DNA from: Leucoraja ocellata
Taxonomy: Eukaryota
Reading direction: 5' to 3'
NCBI GenBank assembly: GCA_036785375.1
Contig: JAWMAR010000578.1
Coordinates: 1,054,001-1,114,978, forward strand
DNA: 60,978 bases
Within the stretch, counting starts at the first letter, position 1; every line of letters begins with the position of its first letter. Below are positions 46,490 to 58,412 of the stretch, one piece after another. The notes under the pieces were generated by a model. The model was given only the letters and a program-made list of their open reading frames with translations, was not told the DNA's origin and made no database searches. The position numbers and the translations under genes were made by a program.

Positions 46490-47581
46490 TCAGTTACACG
46501 TCTTTTTAGAAGTATTCACATCAGCGTACACCGTGTATTTGTTGTTCTGTTTGGATGCTGATGTTTTCTTGGGGTTGTGATGTTGCACAGTTGCGTAGGT
46601 CAGCTTGTCATGTCCACCTCTTTTAGTCTGCGAAAGTAATTAATGATCGGTGATTAGGCAATCATTCAGTGACGAATTTGAGCATACTGCTTTAAAATAA
46701 TATTTTATGCAACCCATCAGTTGTTATTTTTACAATGGTATTGATTTGCAGATTTATTTTTGGCTATACCTTTCTGCTTGATATTGAGTTTAAACGCGAG
46801 GAGCTGTTCTTGTCCCACAAAATAATTATTTTCTTTTTCTTTTATGTCAACTTCGATGTAATTACGAAAGTTAGGAGAATTGGTGAATGCTCAAAATTGT
46901 ATCGCAGTATTAAATATTTGGCATAATACGAAGCTCCTTTTAAAGTGTATTTGTGGGATTGGCGGGAATCCATTTTGCCTGTCGCGCCCAAGAGGTGGTT
47001 CGCAGACTGAAGCTACCGGTACCTCTCCAATAGACACCGCGGCTCGCGGCTTCATCAGCGGCACCGAAATGCAATAGAATATAAGTTGGTACTACTTCCT
47101 ATGGCTCTGCGTCCCCAGCTTTTGATACGAGTCCCCTATTCGGTGGATAATTTGAACGGCTTGTTTACTCTCTTTTCCCAGGCCATTGTCTTGCATTTGT
47201 ATTTAGTTTCGCCCTGATTATGAGAACTGGATAGGTTTGTGTGTTCCTAGCTTCCCACCCTTTATTTCTTCACATACAATTTACATTTGAATTTAAACCC
47301 GAATAAGGAAAGGAAAATTATATTTATGCTCTGATGAGCAGCGGGTGATAGGTTTTACTTAAATGAAGATTTGCCATTGTGCACTTATATTTTCCCTGCA
47401 GTTTGGAAAAGCAACTACATTTGGAACAATGCTCATTCCATATCTTAATTACGCTGTCCAAGAGCATTACCTGTGAATAGGCGACATGTTGTTCTTCTTG
47501 TAGACCATTTGAAAATCCTTTGCTCTCGCTTAAATTCAGTGTAGCATAGGCAGCGGTATGTTCAATTGGTGCTTGTCTCAC
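46490..47581 (-). CDS. Gene A distal cytoplasmic exons (47471-47581 and 46490-46627) carrying ITIM/ITSM
   Basis: VRQAPIEHTAAYATLNLSES...VAYSQ | TKRGGHDKLTYATVQ...KYTVYADVNTSKKTCN*. Exon sizes (111 and 138 nt) match gene B. Confidence 0.87.
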
Positions 47582-50500
47582 CTATTGGAAAAGTACATTT
47601 AATACTGCGGGTGACCAGGCTTATATAGCTGATAGGACACTAGAACTGTATCTGGGGCTGAAAATCGATGCACGCGGGATATAGAGGAATAGATTAACAT
47701 TTCACTTGCTTTCAATGATATTACCAACGATGTCATTTCAAGGAAGGGGGTGGACAATGGTGTTGGTCGAGTTTCCTGGCGATAAACATCACCAATAATT
47801 TGCACTGGGCCAACCACATTATGCTAACGCCATGAAAGCACACCATTGCCTCGACTTTCCCAGAGGACCAAGGAAAGTTGGACGGTCTCCAAAGTCTCTT
47901 CCCAAATTCCACAGCTGCACTGTCGAAATAATTATATGGGGATGAATCCCAAATTGGTTTAGCGACAGCTTTGCCCAGGACCTTAAGAAACGCAGGAACC
48001 TGTGATTGCAACCCAGCCAACCACGTAAACCAGCTTCCGTCATTATCTCCTCTTCCCTCGGCGGACAGAATACACAATAGCTTGAAATCGCCTCGTGTAA
48101 GATTTAAAAACGGCTTTATACTCGATGTTATCAAGTTACTAAACAGGCGTCGCGCAAGCTAATGGTGCAATCCTGATCTGTGATTTACCTCGTTCTGGTC
48201 CTTGAGTTTTTAAAATGTGCACTTTCTCTTTAGCTCTAACACAATATTTTGCATGCTGTGTCATTTCCCTTTTTGCACTTGGGTATGGTATGATTGTACC
48301 CATATATGGTATCCAGTTTCCGGATTGCACGCAAAATAAAGTTTATAATTGAATCTCGGTGTACATGGCAATAATTAACCAGTGCCAATACGAATATCAG
48401 TCTTTTGCAGATTTTGGAGATTTCTTCTTCTAAGCATTGCAGAGTGGAAGATGCATTTGCGGGATTCCATTTAGCAGTCAGTACAAAATAGTAATTTTGT
48501 GGGAAGCAGTTTCGATGCCACGTAGGCCATATCCGGTTAAATTGCCTTCGTTAAGGATCGAAGCCAAAACTGCAATTAACACGTTAAAGAACGGCACAAG
48601 AAAGCAAATTAAATTCTCGACAAAGGTTCTTTTCATTTTTATTTTAATTACCGTGCTTTGAAATTCAATATAATTTTTGCCTTAAAATTGCCTTGGGTTG
48701 ATTGTTGCACTTACTTTCCCATTGGTCAGCAACCCACAATCTCTTCGTAGTCTGATATTTGATACGTTCTCACTATCTAAAATTATATTTTTAAGTGTTC
48801 CTGCCACCCGAACTAATAAAAGCTCATATTTTCATCCTAAACATCACCTTTCACTTTAGAATAAATTAGGATATGATCTGGCATGGAATTGTCAAAAGAT
48901 GTTGAAGCAGATACAACAGGAATGTTCAAATTATTAGTGGATGTATACTTGACGTAACCTGAAAAATAAATAATGGGTTCATCCTGCCCTAGAGTATTCC
49001 ACGATACTATAGAATAAAACTGATTTATAATATTTCTGCTACGAATAATCCCTATTTTGAAACAAGAGGAGACATTTCACCTACCGGCTCCCCGTTCGGA
49101 CGTATTCCTACAGAGGTTACGTTATGGCCTAGAGGAATGAAACATGAGTTACATAAAAACAGCTTGAATTGTAAAGATTGATCTGTAGATTTTGACATCA
49201 ATCTTCTCATATTAATCAAATTTACTGCAGAAAATAAGAACGATTGCATTTTTAAATATCCGTTGGTGCTCAGCAGCACCAATTGTCACAATTATACCAA
49301 TACAACGCATCTTGTACTCTTTCGTGATGTTGCGCCCACTGGACCTAAATTTTAACTGAAACTTTAAAATTGTAATGGTTTATGAGGAACCGTGTCCATG
49401 TCGAAACAGCAATGTCATGTAAACATATGGAGATGTTTGGTTTTGCTCATTGCCACAGAAAACCACAGTTGTTTTTTCCTCAAAATCGTAATCTTCCATT
49501 GCATTAATTATCAATCGCACTGGATGTTTGAAAAATTCCTTATATTTGAAAATATATGCATAGGTGATAATTGAATACATCCAATTCCAAGCTGAAATAA
49601 TTGAATTTGAAGATCCATCATATTATCACACACATATATCAAAACCGGCTTCAGAACTCTCTTTACATGTCCATCTACGTTTCCTTTTCTCCTCTGTGAG
49701 CAAACACCATTGACATATCCATTCTCGTTTTAACTGTCGAAATGATTATTGTATGATTATTATCAATATTCTTACCGTGCCACATCTTTAAACTGAGTCT
49801 TATCACGATTATAATCAGAACTAAAATTACTGATCCACCTACTGCATAAACGATAATCTGTTTGCGACCAATTCCTGGTGGATTAACAGAAAATTTAGAA
49901 ACTGTAAAGAATTTATACATTTCAGAACAAATATACAAACGGCAGTCAACAAAGTAAATCATTTCGTAGGTGCATTTTAATACCCACATCGGAAAGTTTG
50001 GAAGGTATATCATGAGGCACCAGATGGAAGTTAGTAATGGAATCCACAGGACAAGCAATTGCCGTTGTATTGTGCCCATGTGCGGAGAGCTGCTTACTGA
50101 CGTTAAACGGAATATAGGCTTTATCTTTATATATTTCACCAGACAGTAGATAGATGCATATCCCAGGACGTTTTTGCTCATTACAACCATTATATCAATT
50201 CAGTTTGTCAATTCATCTCACACGGATTTCCTTACAAGAACTGATGAAGTACAATTAATTTTAAACAGCATGCAAGTGTTGCTTTCATGCGAATGAATGC
50301 GAGCCACATTTACCCTTACCCTTGTACGGAAAACTGTCCAGTTATTAATCTGATGGAATTTGATCTACCGCCCCAATATCATGTGTAACTGGCTCCAGTC
50401 TTACCTTGGCCCAGGGTATAACTGAAACTGGCCGCCACCTTCAGGGAGACATGTGATACCAGACAGGTGTAAATATCTTTGCCCTCCCCAGGCTGCGTTA

Positions 50501-53303
50501 TTTCCAAAGAACTAGTAGCCACAAACAATCCTTCTTCGCTCTGATTTTTCACAGTTTCGATTCCAGTGCGAATTTCCTCGTTATTTCTTAGCCAGAATAT
50601 TTCTAATTTCTCCGGATAAAAGGCGTCAGTTTTGCACACAAGTTTCCGTGGAGAGCCAAGTCCTTCAGCAGGAACAATTGTCAAGGGAGTTGGGGGATCT
50701 TAAGCAAAGAAAAAAAAATATCGGGTGTTCGCTTTCCATTACATTGTAAATATTTACATTTTATCTCGCCACCGAGTCGTATTTGGCAAGACCAAATTAT
50801 TTAATATTTAAACTTCCCAGTTTGTCGTTCATTTATACTCCCTTTCCTAGCGGACACCCGGACGAACTCCGCCAACATACAAAGAGGGTGAATTTAAGGA
50901 GTGCCAACAGAATTTAAGGAGTTCCAAAATAAACTCTGTTCTGAATGGACGTTCCCCGGTATCGCGCGAAAGTTTTTGCCAGAAGCCTGCCGTGATTATT
51001 TAAAAGTGGCCATGTTCGGATCATTCATATGTTGCAAAAGAAATGGAGCCATCATAATCGAAATATAACAGATTCGTATAGTGTGGTGACAGGAAGCGGT
51101 TATACATGAAGATTAATGATGAATCCCGTTAGCACTTTAAGTAGTATATGGATTAAATCTTCTCACCCTGGTCAAAAACACCCACTTCAACATTTAATCA
51201 CTACTCTACTCTACTCTACTCACTCCGACATGCGGGAGATAACCACTTATCACGTGTTTGCGCAGTAATCAACCAGAACCAGAACCAGATATGGGTTTGA
51301 AATGCCGATCACAACCATTTACCTGCATGTGAACCAAGTGCTGGAACACCTTTCTCGCCCATTGAATGCTTATAGTGAAACACCGTGGTTTCTATTACAA
51401 GCAATTTACGAGCGGCACTTATTCAATATCAGTATGTAGGAAAGAACTGCAGATGCTGGTTTAAACCGAATATATGTTGGAGTAACTCAGCGGGACAGGC
51501 AACATCTCTTCGGAGAAGGAATGGGTGACGTTTCGGATCGAGGTTTGAAGAAGGGGTATCGACCCCAAACGTCACTCATCCTTCTACCCAGAGATGCTGC
51601 CTGCCCCGCTGAGTTACTCCAGCATTTTGTGTCTCTATACAAATCAGTTCCATCTGTTGTGCCAACTTGGCGGCAGTGAATCGACAACGTTAGATCGGCG
51701 TTAATGATGATAGCTTGCAGAAGCCAAACGATGGAAAATAACAAGCTCTGTTTCTCGCTGTGCAGATTCTACTCATATAGGTCTGCACGTAAAAGGCCCT
51801 ATATTTGGCATTTATTAACGCGAACTCCTTCCGTACGAGCTGCAGCCGGTGTCTAACTGGACGGGGAGTTGATTGTTGGGTTGCTTTGTCCGTTTATTAC
51901 AAATCTTTAGAAAGCTTGACTTAATTCACTTAATCAGGATAATCTTTAATGATGAAATAAATGTTACTGTTTATTCCCGGACTTTAAATAATTTCATTTG
52001 AGATGTTGTTTACTTCTTTTTTCCCCCCGTACGTTGCCAAATTGGTTGAATAGACTGAGGTTATGCCTGACAAAATTAGTATCAAGCGATTTCAAAAAAA
52101 AGAAAAAAGATTTCATTGAAGTCAGCTTGGAATCAGCAGCGATGAGTCCCACATGTTGGAAGACCAAGGTCCTTGTGTTGCAGCAACACATTGGTCTTAT
52201 GAGGTTCTAAAGCTGTCGATGTAGAATAGAGGCATGACAGACTCTACCATCGACGTATTAAAATTGCTCCTACTCTATTTTCTTAGTGATGAGAAACCTG
52301 GACATCACACTCCAACCACTCAAACTAACAGGAATATTATTTTCAATATCTCATTGCAAAACATTTCTAACCACACCTCAGAATGAATTCCTTCCATCTC
52401 AGCATTTACCCGTTCTTAGCGATAAATCCATCTGGGAGATTGGCTTAAAAATTCGGGACCGCTAAATGAATGGGCTGCGCCAATTCATAGCGGCAATGAA
52501 AAGGCGTCTCGCAAAGTATCGTACAATGAACAGAATAACCCTCAATACCCACGCGTCCCACAAGTGCGACTCGACCTGCTGGTTATGTCCATTGTGCTTT
52601 GTTTTATTTTGAATTACTGGTCCCTGTAATTTAAAATTGTTATTACTGGATATTTATCAACAGGCGATTTTTCACATTGTCCTCGCGACTAGACTTTACA
52701 AATGACATAGAACTGAAAACTTGCTTATTTCCCTAACACACACACTCACCAAATACGGTGATCAGGCTGCCACTTCCATTTCCGATAACCTTCTGCTGGA
52801 ACTTTACTTGACAGTAATACAGGCCGGAGTCAGCGACACGCACATGTTGGAAAGTAAATGTTCCGCTTCCAGAATCTATGGTAAATTGTTTTCTACTGTC
52901 CGGTTCAAGGAATGTCTTCATGCCGTCCCTCCACCAATTAACGCCAATTTTGCCTTTCGATATTGGAAATTTGCAATACATGATAGCGTGTTCACCGCCG
53001 CCAACGTCCAAGTTGACAGGGAATTGGGACACTCTGTTCGAATAGACTTCGGTAGCTATCGGGAAAAAAGCAAGAACAATTGAAACAGTTGTAAACACTG
53101 GACAGAGAAAACAGGAACCAACTGTCGAAAAGCACGAAACAACTATAAACCCACGAGGGCCTAATAGATGAACCTAATAGCTCGAAACCAGGTCCGAATT
53201 TTCGTAAAATAATACTTAGACCAGAAATGGCACACATTTTAACTATACCCTGCGTTAGTATGACCAGAAGAGCCATGGACCAAACTCTAACTTTCACCGA
53301 CAT
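46490..53303 (-). CDS. Gene A: VJ-C1-TM-ITIM/ITSM Ig-superfamily receptor (SIRP-alpha-like / antigen-receptor-like), 7 coding exons, 348 aa
   Basis: Exons: leader 53249-53303, V 52750-53055, C1 50405-50698, TM 49776-49874, cyt1 49085-49128, cyt2 47471-47581, cyt3 46490-46627. All junctions are AG/GT with consistent phases (1,1,1,1,0,0). Total 1047 nt, open to TGA. Tail motifs: AAYATL, VAYSQT, LTYATV, TVYADV. Confidence 0.9.
47780..48380 (+). mobile_element. Old Rex1-type LINE 3' fragment in a gene A intron
   Basis: aacatcaccaataatttgcactgggccaaccacatt.., and a 3' UTR ending ctcggtgtacatggcaataa. Confidence 0.6.
49776..49874 (-). CDS. Gene A transmembrane exon
   Basis: GIGRKQIIVYAVGGSVILVLIIIVIRLSLKMWH, bounded by ccag| and |gtaag. 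Confidence 0.85.
50405..50698 (-). CDS. Gene A Ig C1-set exon
   Basis: LVCKTDAFYPEKLEIFW...IYTCLVSHVSL, the C1 signature. Canonical splice sites. Confidence 0.93.
52750..53055 (-). CDS. Gene A Ig V-type (VJ-joined) exon
   Basis: IMYC..VNWWR..DSGLYYC..GNGSGSLITVF. Acceptor ttttcccgatag, donor G|gtgagt. Confidence 0.93.
53249..53303 (-). CDS. Gene A leader exon (MSVKVRVWSMALLVILTQ)
   Basis: Runs from ATG to a phase-1 GT donor. It is 55 nt, the same length as the leaders of genes B and C, and has a hydrophobic core. Confidence 0.8.
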
Positions 53304-54464
53304 ATTACAAGAATAAATTGCCAACTTGTTATTAGTTTACTCAAAACTTGCTCTGCGGAAAAGGAAATTATGAGTAAATATATGAAACGTGACCGTGACG
53401 TAATATATCCCACGACTGTGGCTCGTGCGGCGGGAGAGGTCATAGTTCGGGCCCATTCCCATTGTAACAAAGCTTCCAATACTTCCTGAAACATGTTCAC
53501 AACCTCCTCCGTAGCATCCAGATTTTTACTCGGAATTAAATATGCATCAGCTGCCTACTAAGTTAATTTTCACAAATCGTTTCGGCGTAGAAGGTAAGGA
53601 GTGCTTGTGAATATTTAGATGCACAAACGTAGACACCCACCTTCCTTTGAATCCCCCCCCCCCCCCCCCCCGCTTCCCAATGTGTGTTGTGCTCTTTCGC
53701 TCTTTCGATTATATACATTCAAGCAACAATCACCCATTTCGTTTCTTCCTGTTCAGCCCCTCACCATCGCCATCCGCAGCTTTCTATTGATTATGTTTCC
53801 ATCTGACGCTTTATCAATAACTCCGGTTGCTATTCCTATAAAACCAAATCTCCATACTGGTTTTTGTTAACTAATATTTCTATTATTTTCATAAACACCA
53901 TTGCAGCAATATTCTATGGGGAGTCCAGCAGAAGATTGGCGCCAAGCCGCGACAGCTAACGTATGAATGAAATCTATGTTTTTTCTTCCGATATTGCCCA
54001 GTAGAGCAATCAACTTATGCTGTTGACATCCACACAACGCAGGAGAATAGGGGCTGTAAATTAATCGAATGGGCCAATATAAATTAGGGAGATTTAAACC
54101 AAACTGTTAATCTTATAATTTCCTCCAAAGTAATTGTTTTAAAAATCGTAGAAATTAAGGATTACTTAAAGTTTGGACTACAGGCAAGAAGCCAAAGTGG
54201 TGAGCGAGGCGGTTTGAACTCTTTATGTTTTCCCCGTATCGTGGTTATACTCACATTCCTCTGCACAAATCAATGATTTTGGCTTCAGAACACACATTAA
54301 ATTGCACGAGCAGAAACCTGTTGTAGGCCAAATGGTTAAGTAATTTTCGTGTAATTTAAATGTTTGATGCGCCTCACTTAGAGACCTTGTGCCGTTCAAT
54401 GGAAGGACACAATATTCCAAATATACACAGTAATTCTCTGGATATTTTTTAAATTACTGAAATC

Positions 54465-54770
54465 GGTCAGGACCGTATCGCAGTAGTAGAGTTGCTGCAC
54501 TTACAGCGCCAGAGACCTGGGTTCGATCCCGACTGCGGGTGCTGTCTGTATGGAGTTTGTACGTTCGTCCGTGACTGGCTTGGGTTTTCTCTGGGCGCTC
54601 CGGTTTCCGCCCACATTCCAAAGACGCACATGTTCGTAGGTTGATTGGCTTCGATAAAGATTGTAAATTGTCCCTAGCGTGCAGGATATTGCTAATGTAC
54701 GGGGTGATCGCTGGTCGGCGCGGACTCTGTGGGTCGAAGGGCCTGTTTCCGCGCTGTATCTCTAAACTAT
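54465..54770 (+). mobile_element. tRNA-derived V-SINE (HE1-like)
   Basis: B-box GGTTCGATCCC, V-domain core (ggagtttgtacgttc...cccacattccaaagac) and a CR1-like 3' tail (gggcctgtttccgcgctgtatctctaaact). Confidence 0.85.
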
Positions 54771-55744
54771 TGCTAAAAAAACTGCTTCTGTAAATGGCTT
54801 CTATTTGACCTTCCATGTAAAGATTGCGTAATATTCGGGTTTTAAGTCTGTCACGTTAACCGTTCAAACGAAGAGCTGCAACAAGAACATTCCGGTTTGT
54901 GATGCTGGTCTTGAAGATAATGAAGACTGGACTCAGATTTTAAAGCGGCACGTTGTTTCTTGTTTAGTGAAGGCAGCAGTGTAAAGAAACCAGCGGCAGT
55001 TCGAGAAAACCTCAGTACACGGCAAATCTGACAAATTAAGGATTTCTGTGCATGTTTACAAGCTACTGTCAGCGATGGACTGTTCTGCAATAATAAGCCA
55101 ATAATAATCTTACAAAATGGATTTTGAAGACATTTTATTTGTCACATTTTGAGAAAATGCATCGGTATATTCCATTGTTTAATAGAAAAAATATTGTGAT
55201 ACCGCAAGCGAATACTGGAAAAAGATCATGTTTGCATTATTAATTTAACTTCGATTAAATGTTTCCAAGATGGCTCCTATATTTTTAAAGTTTCATTAAA
55301 TTGGATTCATTTAGTAAACAGCAGGCGCGGAAAGCTTTGGGCAACATAATTTTGCTTTCCATAACGTTAGACCCTTACATTGTTGATGACCTCATCGCAG
55401 ATGCGTTTTCCAAATAGTATTAACAATGTCTGATGGGAATAATTGGATAGATTGCGTTTTTATTCTCCTTTCGACAAGATGTGTTGGATTGCCATTAACA
55501 AGAAAATACTGTTTTCTCCCGTTTGGTGGAATTGGACTGGAATCCTGCAACAGGTCAGATTGCGAAATAGAACGTCTCCAGTTGATCATTTCTGTGATAA
55601 TATAGAAATATTTACTGTTTCTCTTTCTCCACAGATTGTCCTCGACGCCTAGAATTCATAACATTCGTGATTAATTTCAGATTTCAAAGTATCTGCAATC
55701 TAGCATTATCCAGTAATTATCTTGCCACAACTTTTTTTTCCAAG

Positions 55745-56045
55745 TGATCGCAGCGGTAGAGTTGCTGCCTAACAGCACTTGCAGCGCCGGGGACCCGGGT
55801 TCGATCCCGACTACGTGAACTGTCTGTACGGAGTTTGTACGTTCTCCCCGTGACCGCGTGGGGCTTTCTTTCTCCGGTTTCTTCCCACACTCCAAAGACG
55901 TGCAGGCATGTAGGTAAATGGCTTGGTAAATGTAAAACATGTCCCTAGCGTGGGTAGGATAGTGTTAATATGCGTTGATCGCTTATCGGCGCGGACCCGA
56001 TGGGCCGAAGGGCCAGTTTTCGTGCTGCATCTCTAAACTAAATTA
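55745..56045 (+). mobile_element. tRNA-derived V-SINE (HE1-like)
   Basis: Second copy of the 54465-54770 family, with the same B-box, core and tail. Confidence 0.85.
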
Positions 56046-56529
56046 AACAAAATTGGAATTTAGATGTAGACTGAAAATGTAAATGCATTAAACGCATATC
56101 CCCGACGGTCATCAATTGCGACATATTGCCAGTCAATCTGCATTCTCCTTATCCATTCGAGCGGCCCCTAAAGTCTATGAACTTTATAGTTAATGCCAGC
56201 AAGTTGCCTCTAATTACAGGCGATATATTCTTTTTGTAAATACAATAATCACAACTTGTCAATGTTGTATGGAGTACGTACTAAGCGCACCCACATAGGT
56301 CAAGTGCACAGGGGCAGTCTTTCCAGTAATCCTCACGGATATATTTCAGCTCCTCTATGCCGGAGAGGCACCACACGTCTCTGCTCTTCTGAGCAAAAGT
56401 GACAACGCGTCAACCATATGAAATACTCGACTCCAAGCAGGCAGGAATGATGAAACAGATAATATTTTTGAATCATTTCGTTTCATCTTGACTTATAATG
56501 CGTCAGGTAATGGCACATCGTTCCATGTT

Positions 56530-56975
56530 CTCAGAGAAAGGGTAACATTGAACAAGATTGGTCTTTATTCTTTGGAGCGCAGAAGGTTAAGGGGGACTTG
56601 ATAGGTCTTTAAAATTATGAGAGGGATAGACAGAGTTGACGTAGATAAGCTTTTCCCATTGAGAGTAGCGAAGATTCAAACAAGAGGACATGATTTGGGA
56701 ATTAAGGGACAAAGGTTTAGGGGTAACATGAGGGGGAACTTCTTTACTCAGAGAGTGGTAGCTGTGTGGAATGACCTTCCAGTGGAAGTGGTGGAGGCAG
56801 GTTCGATTTTATCATTTAAAAATAAATTGGATAGGTATATGGACGGCAAAGGAATGGGGGGTTATGGTCTGAGTGCAGGTAGATGGGACTAGGTGAGAGT
56901 AAGTGTTCGGCACGGACTAGAAGGGGCGAGATGGCCTGTTTCCGTGCTGTAATTGTTATATGGTTATATTATATA
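56530..56975 (+). mobile_element. CR1 3' end (same subfamily as 6095-6712)
   Basis: MRGIDRVDVDKLFPL...FFTQRVVAVWNDLP. Confidence 0.9.
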
Positions 56976-57319
56976 GTTACATTTAAAAATCAGCCATTTA
57001 ATTGCCATGAAGTAGTTTACCTCGTATTTATTTTTTCCCCAGAACGAACACGAAATAATGAAGGAAAGACCAATAAAGGAAAGAAGGGTCTCAACCCGAA
57101 AGGTCACTCATTCCTTCTTTCCAGTGATGCTGCCTGTCCCGCTGTGTTACTCCAGCATTGTGTGCCTTCCTGCGAAATAATGAAGATTACAGTACAACCT
57201 TAGAAATGTTTCATTGCCGGAGGCAGACTTTTAAGAAATGGTCTTAAATTATACTTCTTGTTCTACACTTAAGTTTCCAAGGTGATAACGCGAGCTGTCG
57301 GTGACTTGTTTGTTTCAGA

Positions 57320-57420
57320 TAGGCACAGCATTCGACCGCAAGCCTTTCCATGACGTCGCCAGCAGACTCGCGAGAACAGTTCTATTCTCATGCTGTGTGT
57401 TATTTCTATTTTGTCAAGCT
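57320..57420. promoter_or_regulatory. Conserved upstream element, copy next to gene A (RUNX/NFAT/CRE-like motifs)
   Basis: ACCGCA 57335-57340, TTTCCA 57345-57350, then TGACGTCG. Homologous to the copies at 43.6, 22.4 and 1.8 kb. Confidence 0.55.
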
Positions 57421-58412
57421 AGAAATGTAGCGGTCAGTTAGTTAGTCAGTAGATGATTAGTTAGTCAGTAGACGATGGAAAAAAACTTAGTTCCGTTCCA
57501 TCTTTTTATAGAAACGTTGCAGAAGCTCGCATGGACCCATTCGTGTTTGCGAATTACAAGCAGAAGTCAAAAAGATATCTGATTCGGAGGGCATAACGCT
57601 TCGTCCTAATCGAACAAATAAGAGGCATCTAAAAAGCGCATAACAAGGACGGCGTATACGCATATACATAATTTAATTTAAATATGCAGATTTATAATTC
57701 GCAGTTGAAGCAGTGAGAATCGAACGCTATTTGCTTTCGTCTCCGAAAGCAAATAGATCATAAAACATACAACAGTTAAACACTGCAACGGGTCTCTCGG
57801 ACTAGTATGTCTACGCGGAACATGATGCGAAGATAAACTAATCTCCTCTATTTGCATATGATCCACATCCCACCATGCCTGCAATATTTCTGAAGAAGGG
57901 GCTCGACGCGAAACGTCACCCATTCCATTTCTCCAGAGATGCTGCCTGGCCCGCTGTGTTCTCAAGCTTTTTGTGTCTATCTTAGATTTAAACCAGCATC
58001 TGCAGTTCCTTTGTACATATTTATATGCCTATCGAAAAGACTCTTCAAAAACTGCTGTCTTAACTTCTTCCAGCACCCGTGGTAACGCGTTCCAGGCACT
58101 TTCTGCGTCAAAAACTGGCCCAGCATAACACTCAAACTCGGACGTTAAAGCAATACCTCCCTATCTTTCATAGGTTCTTACGAATAACACTATCCGTGCC
58201 TCTCGTAATTTCCAATTCTTCAGCCAGGTGGCCAGTCTCTGAAGAAATCACGCCGAGCGTTTTATTGTCATATGTCCCAGATAGAACTACGACATTCTTA
58301 TTTCCAGCAGCCCAACAGAATATGTAAATATAGTACACTGTGAGCAAAACAATGAACGGGAAAAAAAGTCCAGTGTGTGTATATATAACATACATTTATA
58401 CACACACATATA

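Noticed and set aside
49675-50190. 171-aa ORF as a stand-alone membrane protein
   Set aside because: Only 49776-49874 (the gene A TM exon) is bounded by splice sites. The rest is intronic read-through.
16393-53098. A rearranging Ig light-chain or TCR locus (cluster-type V-J-C)
   Set aside because: V and J-like sequence lie in one exon ending in a splice donor. I saw no heptamer/nonamer RSS next to them. Each C1 splices to a TM exon plus signalling tail, unlike IgL, and the TMs lack the conserved TCR TM motif.
54465-56045. tRNA genes suggested by GGTTCGATCCC B-boxes
   Set aside because: They continue into the V-SINE core and a LINE-like tail, so they are SINE heads rather than tRNAs.
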